DNA of 64,000 nt from Dictyostelium discoideum (taxonomy: Eukaryota): assembly GCA_000004695.1 (NCBI GenBank), contig CM000150.2:2752001-2816000 (forward strand). Reading direction: 5' to 3'. Below the pieces are notes generated by a model. It made no database searches, had not been told where the DNA came from, and was given only the letters and a program-made list of their open reading frames with translations. Both the position numbers and the translations under genes were made by a program. Each line of letters opens with the position of its first letter. Position 1 is the stretch's first letter. This document shows, in pieces, positions 13,068 to 30,083 of the stretch.

Positions 13068-13316
13068 AATATCACAAACATTCCAATCATTTTATAAATT
13101 TTTTAAAAGATTGGTAAATCAATTCAATTAAATAAAATTTAAATTTTTTATTTTAATCTTTTTTTTTTATTTTTTATTAAAACATTAAGTAAATATTTCA
13201 AAAAATATCTTTTGAGAAATTAATTTATTTTAACATTTTTAAAAATAATTTTTATATAAACCCAAAATGTTTATTTTGATTATTTTAAAATAAATTAATA
13301 AACTAAATTCAAAAGG

Positions 13317-13358
<42 letters not shown>

Positions 13359-13941
13359 TTGAATGTTTTAATCAATAAATAAAATAAAAAAAATAAAAAA
13401 CATTGTTAACAAAATCTTTTTGAATTGTTTTTCATTGGAGTAGCGGTCAAATAATAAAAAAAAAAATTTTTATAATTTTTTATTTTTTTTATTTTAAACA
13501 CATAAAAAAAAAAAAAAAAAAAAAAAATTAAAAACAAATAAAAAAAAAAAAAAATTTGATCGGTTATTAAAGAGTAGTTTGTTATATGATATAATAAAAA
13601 AAATTAAAATTGAATTAAAATTAAAACCATTATAATTATCAAGTAATATTTTAATTTTTTTTAATTTTTTTTTTTTATGATTCTATCAAATCAAATTTGT
13701 TTTATTAATTTGATCACTATTTTATTTAATATACCAATAAAAATCTATTTTTGACAACAACAATGTTTTTAAATTTTTAAAACTTAAAATTTTTTTTTTT
13801 AATTTGTTAAATAATATTTATTATTTTTTGAGTTAGTTTTTTTTTTTTTTTTTTTTTTATTATTGTTTATATTTATTTTTTTTAATGATAATAAATATAA
13901 ATATTTAATTCGTAAAATATAAATAAAAAAATAAAAAAAAA

Positions 13942-15289
13942 ATGAAAAAATCCAATATAATAATTTTTTTAGTTTTATTTTCAAGTTTTTTAATTAAAAC
14001 AATAAAATCAGATTTTATAAAAGGTTTTCTTGATTTAAGTGAAAAATCTAATGGGATAATTTTATATAAAACAAATTCAAAAGATTTTTTAATTGCAAGT
14101 TCATTCGAAGGTGAATTATTTAAAATTCAAGTTTCAACAAAATCTATAATATTAAAATCAACTTTTAATGATAAAATTAATTTATTGCCAAATGAAAAAA
14201 GTTCAGGATTTTTAGATGAAAAAAATAATTTATTTTATTTAGCTTCTACTTTATTTAATAGATCAATTCAAATTTCTATATTTTCTGCAATAGATTTAAA
14301 ATTTTTAACATCAATTTTTGTAAGTTTTATTAATAATTTTTTATATATTGAATAATTATTAATTTTTTTATACTTTATAAATATAGATATATAACGAAAA
14401 TATACCATTTAATGAGAATTGTTTATTTTTAGATAATGAATTAAATTTATATTTTATTTCAACAAATAGTATTTATAAATTAAAATATGATGATAGAAGT
14501 GTTAATTTAAAAATTATTCAAAATGAAATTTTACCAACAGATTGTATTATACCAAGTTCATCAGTATATAATTTAAATAGAAATTTATTATTATTAGGAT
14601 GTACATCAAAATATGGTACATTGTATGAAATTAATATGAAGAATTTATCAACAATAGAATCACATATTTATTATTATGGTGAAGGAATTGACACATTATT
14701 AATTGGTCCAAAAAATAGTTTTTCATTTTTAGAAGGTACTCAAAACTATCCATATCATTTAGTATCATTTACATTTAGAGATATTGAATCAAGTGTATAT
14801 AGAAATCGTGAAACTTATTTTGGTAAACCAATTAGTGCATCATCAGATAATGAAAGATTTGCTCTTTTTATTTTTTCACATGATATATTATTATTGGATT
14901 TAACTGATAGTACCGGTAATTATCCATATGATATTGATTATTTAGAAGAAGTTATTGGTTTATCAAGTGTATATAATTCAAAAGATAACACAATAACAAT
15001 TTCAACAAATTCATCAAGAATTTTTTTCTATCAAATTCCAATAACCACACCACAAGATTCAATACAAGTTGAATCATTCTTTATGATAACACCATTATTA
15101 ATTGTATTATTAATTTTAATAATATTTTCAATTAAATTAATTTATTCAAAATGTTGTAAAATTAGAAATGATCAAGATGAAGATGATCGCGATGAAGAAG
15201 AAACAATATTAAAAAATGAAGAAATATCAAATAAAGAAACTAATAATATAATTGAATTTTATAAAGGAGATTATAAATTAATTGAATAA
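13942..15289 (+). CDS. Hypothetical secreted or type-I membrane protein. Exons 13942..14319 and 14387..15289.
   Basis: It has a signal peptide (MKKSNIIIFLVLFSSFLIKTIKS), a GTAAGT donor at 14320 and an ATATAG acceptor ending 14386, phase 0. The C-terminal TM helix (ITPLLIVLLILIIFSIKLIY) is followed by an acidic tail. I recognised no domain. Confidence 0.5.
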
Positions 15290-15400
15290 ATAAAAAAAAC
15301 AAAAACCTATATTTATTATTATTATTATTATTATTTATATAAAAAAAAAAAAAAAAAGGAGGAGGAGGGGGTGTCTAAATAAAATTGATTGTATTATAAA

Positions 15401-16382
15401 TTATTTTGAATCAGATTCTTTTTCTTCACTTTTTTCATTTTCAGCTTCATTATCATTTTCTTCTTGATTATTTAAATAATTTTCAGTATTCATTGCATTT
15501 AAACCTAATTCATCATTTTGTTCATAGGTACGTTCATATTCAACAATTTTTAATTGTGGATCATCATCTGGAGCGAATAAATTTTGAATATAACTATTTG
15601 AAATTGGATCATCAAGTTCAATGGTAAAAGGTTTTTTACCAGCAATGAAAGAATCCAATTGAGAGGTGATCTCTTGATATCTAGCACGATTGGCAGGATC
15701 TGAACTATCACCACGGAAGAATGGATTCTTTTCCAATTCCTCTTTAATGATTGTGATTAAACCTTCGACAGTTGTGAATTTGCCACCTAATGAACCATGG
15801 GTAACTTCAATTTCCAATTCTGGTATGATAACATTTGCAGTGTCACTCTTTAAGATATCACGTGATAAATCTTCAACTGATTCAACACGTAATGTAATGG
15901 TTTTACCTTTTTCAGAGATAGCACCACCTGGTTTGATTTCATTGGTTTTATAACCACATTCATCACAACTGAAAGCCATTAATAAAATTGATTTAAAGTA
16001 TGGGATATCAGTTAAAACCATTTTACATTCACCCATTACACCACAATATGAACATTGATTTGGTAAACTATAAACTTCACGATCTGCTAAATCACCACTT
16101 GGAATTGAAACACTTGTTGTTGTAACTCTTTCATTCTTTTTTGAATCCTCTTGTTGTTGTTTTTGTTGTTCTTCATTTATTCCTAAACCTAAACTTGCAT
16201 TTTGTTCAGCTGTTCTTGTATAATTTGTAACTTTTAAATTTGTATCTGCTTTTGGTGCATTTGGATTCTCAATAAAACTATTACCACTTGGATCATCAAC
16301 AATAATTTTAAATGGTTCATCAACCATTAATAAATTACTTAATTTTGAAACAAATCCTAATAATTCTTCTTTACTTTCAGTC

Positions 16383-16418
<36 letters not shown>

Positions 16419-16924
16419 TTATTAATTTTTAATTTTTAATTATTAATTTTAAATTAATTTTAAAAACTTACATGAATTTCTGAAGCATTTGTTAAATTTG
16501 TAATTGCTTCTTTTATAATACCTTCAATTGTATTTAATGAACCATTATTTGATGGTGGAATTTCAAAATCTAAAGATGGAATTGAAATTGTTGCTTTTTC
16601 CATTTTAACAATTTGTCTATTTAAATCAAGTTCTTTGGTTACATTTAATTCAATATGACAACCTTTGAGTTCATATGAACCACCACTTCTAACTTCACTA
16701 CTTCTGAAACCACATTCTGGACAATGGAATGCAAAAACCATAATCTCTTTAAAGAATGGTACTTTAGTTAAAAGAATTCTAGTGATACCATTCTCTGCTT
16801 CACAATTAACACAATAACTTTCAATCTCTGTTACTTCATTTTCATGTGAAATATTTTTAAATTCTTCTTCTTTTTCTTCAATTTTTGTATTTTCTAATTT
16901 TTTATTAATTATCTCTTCTGACAT
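15401..16924 (-). CDS. zpr1: ZPR1-type zinc-finger protein with two zf-ZPR1 modules. Exons 16472..16924 and 15401..16381.
   Basis: There are two CxxC...CxxC ZPR1 modules ([37 protein letters not shown] and [35 protein letters not shown]). The intron is GTAAGT at 16471..16466 and the acceptor ATTATTATTAG ends at 16382. It joins the two listed ORFs in frame. Confidence 0.85.
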
Positions 16925-17292
16925 TTTTTTATTTATATATGTATATATATATATTTATTATATATATATATATATATATAAAGGTACTAGTATATTTAAC
17001 AAAAAAAAAAATAAAATAAAATTAAAAATTAAAAAAAAAAATTTCGGTTCGTTTTGTGTTTTTTCACAAAAAAAATAAAAAATAAAAATAAAATAAAAAA
17101 TAAAATAAAAATAAAAAAATGAAAATTTTGAGAAAAAAAAGAGATCGATCTTAAAAAATGAAAATAAATATTAACTTATATAATTTTATTTGTTTTTTTT
17201 ATTTTTTTATTTTTTTATTTACATTTATTTTTACAACACTTATTATTTAATTTTTTTTTTTTTTTTTTTTTTTAAAATAGAAAATTAAAATT

Positions 17293-17345
<53 letters not shown>

Positions 17346-17349
17346 TTAT

Positions 17350-18405
17350 TTACAAACTACATCCAATATTTTTATCAATAACATGATGAATTGGAGTTGA
17401 TTTTTTATAATTTGGGGAACTAATAATTTTTACATTTAAATTGAGTAGAGATTGTGGTAATATTCCTTCAAAACAAAAACCAAGTGTAACTTGTTTTAAA
17501 TTTGTTAAATGACTAAAGTTTGTGAGAAGTTGAGAATGTTTAATTCCAGAACTAACAGTTGAATATCTCGATGCATTATCGTGATAAATTGTCTTATGGC
17601 AACCAATTTTTAATATTTTCAAAGAAGTTGGTAAAGGTGCATCATTATTTTTACTGATAAAATAATGTTGAAAAGATAATTCCTCCAATCCCATTGGAAA
17701 AACGCCATCTTGAATTCCACAACCACCATTATTGTATTTTTTACCAAATTCAATTTTCTTTACACTATTTGGGAATGAACCTGGTGGAATTTTAGAGTTA
17801 AATTCATCATTAAATATTACATGAGTTATTCCATTTGGAATGATACTACTACTATTACCATTAATTAATAATTGACCTTTGAAATTTTGTTTAAATTTTA
17901 TTATAAAACCATTTTCCAAAACAAATGAAGTAGTATCATTATTTATTTGATCAATTTTTTGATAATTTATTTCAAAATTTGAAGATAAATTATTTTGTTT
18001 TTTTTGATAATTTGTATCAAAAATTGAACATAAATTATTATGTTTTTCTAAACGAGTACTAAGTGTTTCATAAATTGGAATATTTTCTTTATAAAAATTA
18101 TAAGTGTTTTCTGGTGATTGATTAATTATTGATGATGGTGGTGGTTCCATTATTTGGTTTGGTAATGTTTTTATAATTTGATTTGGTGATAGTTTTTCAG
18201 TTAAAAAATTATCTTCATAAATTGTTTCATTATTTTTCAAAAAATCAATGTTTGAAACTTCATGAACTTCTGTTTTTATTGAAGATTGTGAACTATTTAA
18301 TTGTGGTTTTTCATTTTGTTGCAATTGTGTCAAATATTCATTTAATTTTGATATTGATGGTTCTTTTAATAGAGGTTGTTTTTTTTCTTGTTCTGGTTGT
18401 TCTTC

Positions 18406-18472
<67 letters not shown>

Positions 18473-18684
18473 AGTTGTTGTAGTTGTAGTTGTTGTTGTG
18501 GCTGTAGTTGTGGTTGTGATTGTTGTGGTTGAGGTTGTGGTGGTTGAACAAACCTTGGTGAGTTTTCATTTATAATGCTATATTGTAATTTTTTAATTTT
18601 CTTATACTTTCTTTTTGTGTCTTGATCTATTTTTTTAAATTTATAATAAAAAAATGAAGATGGTATTAAAAGGCAACAAGCCAT
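17350..18684 (-). CDS. FNIP-repeat-containing protein with a poly-Gln tract.
   Basis: The C-terminal half carries dictyostelid FNIP-type repeats (VIFNDEFNSKIPPGSFPNSVKKIEFGKKYNNGG...LKIGCHKTIYHDN). It also has a 50-residue Q run from (TTG)n at 18406-18480. The open frame continues upstream of the ATG through a hydrophobic stretch, so a short 5' exon may be missing. Confidence 0.55.
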
Positions 18685-18859
18685 TAAAATAAAAGAAAAA
18701 GCAATTAAATCCCCACTAATTTTTGTTTATTTAAATGAATTTTAGTATTTTAGAAATTTAAAATAAAAAAAAAAAAAAAAATAAAAAAAAGACCTACTAT
18801 GAAATTTGAATGGTGCTATCAAAAGATAGTGTTTCCATATTAATTAAATTTTTAAAAAA

Positions 18860-18950
18860 TATTTCTACAAATAAATAAATAAATAAATAAATAAATAAAC
18901 AAATAAATAAATAAATAAATAAATGAATAAATAAATAAATAAATAATTAA

Positions 18951-18992
<42 letters not shown>

Positions 18993-19020
18993 AAATAATT
19001 AAATAAATAAATAAATAAAT
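18860..19020. repeat. (AAAT)n/(AAATAAAT)n intergenic microsatellite.
   Basis: It consists of aaataaataaataaat repeats with a few interruptions. Confidence 0.85.
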
Positions 19021-19492
19021 AATTAAATTGGGTAAATATGAAAAAAAAAAAAAAAACAATATTAAAAAAATAAAAAAAAAAAAAGAAACTTTAAATAAAA
19101 AAAAAAAGTTATTAAAATAATAAAAAAAAAAAAAAGTTTAATATAAAAAAAATGAAATTTTTGTAGATTGGTTTGACAATATTGGGTAATATAAAAAAAA
19201 AAAAAAAAAAAAAGGGGGTTTTGGTGTGATCTCCCACATATTGGAGAAAATTTGATTTAAAGAAAAAAAAAAATTGGATTTAAAAAAAAAAAAAAAAAAA
19301 TTTTTTTTATTTTTGGACAAAAAAAAAAAAAAAAAAAAAAAGAAAATTTAAAAAAAAAAAACCTAAAAAAAAAGTATTTTTAAAACAAAAGGAAAAAAAA
19401 AAGTTATTTTTAAAAGAAATGGAAAAAAAAAAAAAAGAGTTATTTTTATTAATTTATTAAAATTTTTATATTTATTTTTATTTTAATTTTAT

Positions 19493-20860
19493 TTATATAA
19501 TACAATTTTGGTTTGCTCTTTTTTCTAAAAATCTTTTATCATCGTCAAAATATTTATAGTTGCTTTTTACAAAAATTAAATTCACAGATTTTGGAATATT
19601 TTCCAATTTTTCATTAAAACAATTTCCCATACTCAAATATTCAATATGTGTTGGAATTTTTCCAACTTTTTTTAAAATTGGTTCATAACCACCACGACCA
19701 CAATATCCGAAAAATTCATCTCTTTTTGCATATTGGATATAACAACCCAATTGTAATTTTCTCACTGATAAAGGAACGGTATTTTCATCTAATTCTCTGT
19801 GGAAACTATGACCAAAACCCAATTCTTCAATTTTTGAAGGCATTGAGTATTTTGCAAAATTACAACCACCATTGGTAAAAGAATTTCCAAAATAAAGTTT
19901 TAAAAGATTTGGTGGTAATTGATCCCTTTCAATGGTTTGATTAAAATATTGACCAAATATAATTGTTTTAACAGATTTTGGAAATGAAAATGGTTGAATA
20001 ATAGTATTAAATTTAAAATCAAATAAAACTTCTTGAATATCTTCTGGTATAATTCTTTCCCAATGATTATTATTTAATTCTTTTAATAATGGTGAATTAA
20101 AATTTGTAAAAATACATTTATTACCACTTATAAAACCATATTCATTATTAAAATCTTTTTTATTAATTTTAATAATTTTATTTAATTGAATTGTTGTTGA
20201 TTCTGAAATTGGTAATAAATTTGAAGTAATTATATTATTATTATTAAAATTATTGTTATTATTATTATTATTTATATCAATAATTGGTTGAAATGAATTA
20301 ATATTTGGTGAATATTCATTTGGTGTAGATGATGATGATGATGGTTGTGATGGTGATGAATAAAAACTATGAATATTATTTAAATTTTGTAATTGTGATG
20401 AACAACATGAGGAAGGACCAATAGAATGTTCATAAATTGGTAAAAGTTGATGTTCTTCTTCTTTTTGGAGTTCTTCATTTAAACCAATCTTTTTGATTTT
20501 AATATTAAAATGTGATTGATTTAATGATTTTGGTGTTGATGGTTCTGGAACAAAAATTGGTTCATCCAAATTTGAAACATCATCAGGAATTTGAAAATTT
20601 AATTGTTTATTATTATTAATATTTTGATTATTATTATTAATTTTATTTTCATTTCCTAATTCTTCAACTTGTTTTTCCAATTCCAAGTGTTTTTTTAAAT
20701 TAATTGATTTTTGTTGTTGGTCTTGTTCTTCATGTTGTTGTTTTTGTAATTTTTTTAATTTTTTCTTTTTAATCTCAAAATTATCAAAGAAAATAATAGC
20801 TGCAAAGAATAAAATTAAAAAACATAATATATTTAATATATAAATATTATTAAAACTTAT

Positions 20861-20901
<41 letters not shown>

Positions 20902-21012
20902 AAAATTAGAACTTTTTTTTTTTTTCCTTTTAATTATTTAATTAAATTATTTTACATACATTCCAACTGGAATTTTATAAAAATTAATTTTAGTTTCTGG
21001 TTTTAATTCCAT
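19493..21012 (-). CDS. FNIP-repeat-containing protein, paralogue. Exons 20960..21012 and 19493..20855.
   Basis: It has FNIP repeats (FSFPKSVKTIIFGQYFNQTIERDQLPPNLLKLYFGNSFTNGG...). The proposed 53-nt first exon MELKPETKINFYKIPVG/ ends at a GTATGT donor in phase 2. The acceptor AATAATAAG opens a frame that stays open for 168 nt upstream of the listed ATG and encodes a TM-like segment (ILCFLILFFAAIIFF). Confidence 0.5.
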
Positions 21013-22063
21013 ATTTTTTTTATAGATTTATAAATTTAATATATTTTTGAAATTTGTTGAAAATAAAAAAATGATTAATTGTAGATAATTACTTTCTTTT
21101 TAAATAAAAAAAAATCAACAGGTTGGTGATGATTTATTTTCTAATTTTTTTTTTTTTTATAAAATAATTTTTTTTTTATTTATTATAATGAAAATATTAT
21201 TAATTTAAAAGTAAAGCCCCCCATTTTGAGATTGATTAGAGAATGTGTGGGGGTAACCACAGACACACAAACTAATAAAAGAAAACCCACACTCTTTTTT
21301 TGAACTGAGGTTTTTATTTTTTTTTTAGTTTTTTTTTTTCCTAAAAATAAAAACCAAACCTTTGATCTATTTTTTATATTTTTTTTTAAAAAAAAAAAAA
21401 AAAAAAAACATTAAAACAGTGGTCCCACACCATTGTAATTTTTTTTTGTTTTTTCTTAAAAATTATAATAATAATAAAAATAATAATATTAATCAGTAAG
21501 TAAAAAAAAAAAAACACACACACAGCAAACCAAAATAGCTTTGGTAAAAAATAAAAATAATAATGTACAAGATGTCCGAAATTTTTTAATATATATAGTT
21601 ATGTGGGTATCTATTTTCTGTAAATAGATCATTTCAAAAATCAATATCTATTTTTAAACACCTTTTAAAAATAAATTCAAATGAAATTTATAATTTAAAT
21701 CCCATATCACTTTTTTTTTTTTTCCTACTTGGTGGTGAAGTTAGTTTTTTTTTTATTCAAGAAAACTGTTCGAAATATTAAAATAGAGTGAAACAATTAT
21801 TTATTTATTTTTTCTAAATTTTAAAGAAAAATAATAATAATTTTGATATATATATATCTTAACAATAATTAAAATAATTATTATTATATTTATGGCACAA
21901 ACATGTACACTCACATTATACCTAAAAATTTCAAAATATTTAATAGATTATAATAATTGAGTTGATGAAAAAAAAAAAAAAATAAATAAATAAAAAAAAA
22001 TAAAATTAAAATAAAAAAATATAATAAAAAATTTTAAAAAGTATTTTATTTTTATTAAACATA

Positions 22064-23009
22064 TTATAAATCTTTATTGAAATCTTTAAACATTTGTTTA
22101 GTGTTGGTATTATTTTGTTGTTCTTGTTCTTGTTCTTGGTCTTCCTCTTGTTCTTGGTATTGGTCTTCCTCTTGTTCTTTCTTTTTCTTTCTTTCCATTC
22201 TTAAATATTTTTGAACAACTCTATCATGTAATAATTCTGGAAATTCTCTTAATATTCCAATTAAATCAACTTGATCATCTTCATCATCTTTTAATAATGA
22301 ATTAACTTTTTCTTCATTAATATTTTTACTACTACTATTATTATCATCACTATTATCATTATTATTATCATTATTATCATTATTATTACTATTAAATAAA
22401 CCAGAGAATTTTGATTTTAATTTTTCTTTTCTTTTAATTTCATTTTTAATTTTATTATAAAATAATTGTCTAAGTTCAGGACCAATATAATTTGTAATTA
22501 AATCTTGAGAAGTTTCATCTTTAATTTCACTTTGATCTTTTACGAATAAAATATCAGGTACATATTTTGATTTAACTTTTTTACCAATAATCCAACGTAC
22601 TCTACTTTTAATTTTAACTAAACGATGTGAAATATCTCTATCAGTGACTTCAAAGAATAATGATCTATACTTTTTTCTTCTTTTCAATTCAATCTCTCTA
22701 TGTCTTGCTGGACCAACGATATCACTAGTATCCAATAAACTTTCAATACTATATGGAATATTTGTAACTTGTTTCATTGGTGTTGCTTTTAATAACTGTT
22801 CAATTTCTTTATTCTCTTCATCATTAAATTCTTTATTACTAAAACGTTTTAATAATAATTTCTCTCTTTTTTCATCATTAATATTATTATCTTGAATATT
22901 ATTATTATTATTATCATCTTGATTATTATTTATTGAAATTTCTAATTTAACTTTTTTATTTTCAGCCATATGTAAATTATTATTACCAAAATTAAATGGA
23001 TCAATGATA

Positions 23010-23040
<31 letters not shown>

Positions 23041-24697
23041 CATTATCATCATCATCATTATCATTATTTGTTTTTGTTGTTATAACTTTTGAAATGATTT
23101 TTGAATTTGAATTATTTGATTTAATATTTGAAATTGAGATTGATTTATCACTTTTTGAATGAAAATCATAAATTAATTGTTTTGCAGAATTTGTTTCAGT
23201 ATTATTTAAAATATTCTTTAAATTTGTATCTTGAATTGAATCAATTTTAATTAAATCATCATCTTTAATTAATTGATCAACTGTTTTTAAATGTCTTTTT
23301 GATTTCATTGAATTTTCATTAATGTTTGAATGATTTCTACGTTTCCAAAATATTTTAACCCATCTAAGATCACTACTCATTACAGCACCCGTTAATTCAA
23401 TATCTGCTTTCGAAATGATTGGATCAATTCTATCCATACTAAGTTGATCAATTTCATTTGGATTTTGAAAATTTGTTTTATTTTTATTTTTATTTTCTTC
23501 AAAATCAAAATCAATATTAAAATTCTCAATATTATCATCATTATTTTCATCATTATTATTATTATTATCATCATTATTTTCATTATTATTAATATTTATA
23601 TTATTTTCAAACATTTGAGATTCTTTTAAAACTTGTAATATTTTTGAAGCTAATCTTGATTGAACTACAGTTTGTAATGGTGAATCATCGTATTCTGTAT
23701 CGACATATTTGAAACCACGTTTTGAGACGAGTTTCTCTTTTTTAGCAGATTGTAATGCATCTAGTTTTGCGAAATATTTCTTTTCATTTCTAGAGATTGG
23801 TTCATCAGGTTTAAGGAAATAACTTTCAAATTTACTTGGAATTAAAATATCATTTGAATAATAATGACCATTAACTTCTGTTATACCTTTTTTACTCAAC
23901 TCTTGTCTCTTCATTTCTTCAGATTTAACTCTTTCTTCAAATGCATTTGAAAAATTTTTATCATTTATATCAATTTCTCTCCATTCACCACCATTATTAT
24001 TATTATTTGTATTATTTTGACTACCCTCTGAATAATTTTTACCAGTACCTAATGATTTCTTTATAAATTCATCATCTTTTGATTTATCATTTGAGTAGAA
24101 ATATTTCTCACTTATATATAATTTATTTTTATTTATTCCATTTTCGGTTTTTTTATTTTTATTTTGTGATGATGATGGTGATGTTTTATTTTCATAATCG
24201 TCATCATCATTATCTTCATCATTATCTTCATCATAAGTTTCATCATCATCATTAAAATCTTCCTCTTTTAAAAAATCATCATCTTCATTATAATCTTGAT
24301 ATTTATCTTTTTCATTACTACCTATAATTTCATTTGCTTCATCATCATCGAAACCAAATTCTGATTTCAATAAATCTCTTTTGTCTGAATTCTGAAATTT
24401 AGTTTTTTGATTATTATTATCATTATTACTAATATTATTATATCGGTATTCCATTAAATTTTCCATTTGTTTTTTTGAAATATGATTAACTTTAATCTTT
24501 CTATCGTAATTATCTTTTCTTTTGGTATTTCTTAATAAACTACCTCTTCCATATTTTGTTGAATAATATTTATTATTATTATTAAAATTATTAAAATTAA
24601 AATTATTATATGATTGTATTATAAAATTATTTGATATTTGATTATTTTGTTTAATTAATGAAGATGGTGTCGGAGTAGATTTTATTAATCGAAACAT
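22064..24697 (-). CDS. Ribosome-binding factor A (RbfA) domain protein, probably mitochondrial, expanded to 877 aa by Asn/Asp-rich low-complexity inserts.
   Basis: The N-terminus MFRLIKSTPTPSSLIK resembles a mitochondrial presequence. The core segments ADIELTGAVMSSDLRWVKIFW and SLFFEVTDRDISHRLVKIKSRVRWIIGKKVKSKYVPDILFVKDQS match bacterial RbfA (TVSGVEMSRDLAYAKVYV...[28 protein letters not shown]). Confidence 0.55.
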
Positions 24698-24875
24698 GAT
24701 TTGGTTTTTTTAAGAAAAAAATAAAATAAAATAATAAAATAAAATAAAAAATGAAAATTAAAAAACGAAAAAAATAAAAATAAAAAAAAAATAAAAAAAA
24801 AAAAAGATATTTTTTTTTAAATTTTTTTTTTTCTTTTTCCATTACTCACACAACTCAGATTCAAACCTATTTTTT

Positions 24876-24915
<40 letters not shown>

Positions 24916-25614
24916 TTTTTTTTTTTTTTTCTTTTCAATTACTTTTTTTTTTTAAAACTTAATAACCCACCACCCTTTTATTTTATTTTATTTTATTTTA
25001 TTTTATTTTTTTTATTTTTTTTTTACACAAAAATAAAAATAAAATAAAATAAAATAATAAAATATTTTATTTTATTTTGTATATTAATTTGTTTTTTTCA
25101 TTTGTGTAAAATAGATTATTAAAAAAAAAAAAAGGAAAAAAGTAAATAAATAATAATCATTTTTTTTTTTTTTTTTATTTTTACCTTTTTCCTTTTTATC
25201 CACAAACCCCTCACAATAAAAAAAAAGTAAAAAAAAAAAAAAAATCAAAAAAAGATATAAAAACTTTTTTCTTTTTCTCTCTCTCTGTTTATACACATAT
25301 ATATATATACATAATATATATTAACAGAAATAGCTTCATTTAGATCATTTCTTGGAAGGAGATTCAACTACTCCTATCTAAAAGAAGATCCACCTGAAAT
25401 TATAAACGAACCAATTATTACAACTACAAATATTCAATTAGAAACAATAAATTATAATAATAATAATAATAATAGTGGTAATAACAGCGATACCGATAAC
25501 AACGAATTAATTGAAACATTAACAGGAACAACAACTACAATAGTAACACCATACAGACAAAGAACTAAAGCAGTATTGACAACTAATAATAATAGTAATA
25601 ATAATACTACTACA

Positions 25615-29943
<4,329 letters not shown>

Positions 29944-30083
29944 TCAATAAATAAATAAATAAATAATAATAAAAAAAACAATAAAAAAATAAATTTGACT
30001 ATTATTACTTAATAATAAAAATAATTAAAAGATTATTAAAAAAAAAAAAAAAAAAAAAAGTACTACTTTATACAATAATTATT

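Larger units (their letters stand above)
10040..13100. repeat. Segmental tandem duplication with a unit of about 2.06 kb. It carries two intact paralogous genes and one truncated copy, including their promoters.
   Basis: Exons, introns and upstream blocks at 10054-10300 and 12105-12360 are about 90% identical. A third copy of the promoter plus 5' exon lies at 11440-11770. Confidence 0.7.

Noticed and set aside
18183-18575. + ORF with a poly-Val run and − ORF with a poly-Asn run, both over the (TTG)n array
   Set aside because: They are alternative-frame readings of the microsatellite inside the FNIP gene. The FNIP frame encodes poly-Q and is continuous with conserved domains.
25576-25614. Listed start of ORF 25576..26226 (MTTNNNSNNN…)
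   Set aside because: The codon at 25576 is TTG, not ATG. The first in-frame ATG is at 25615, which I used as the start.
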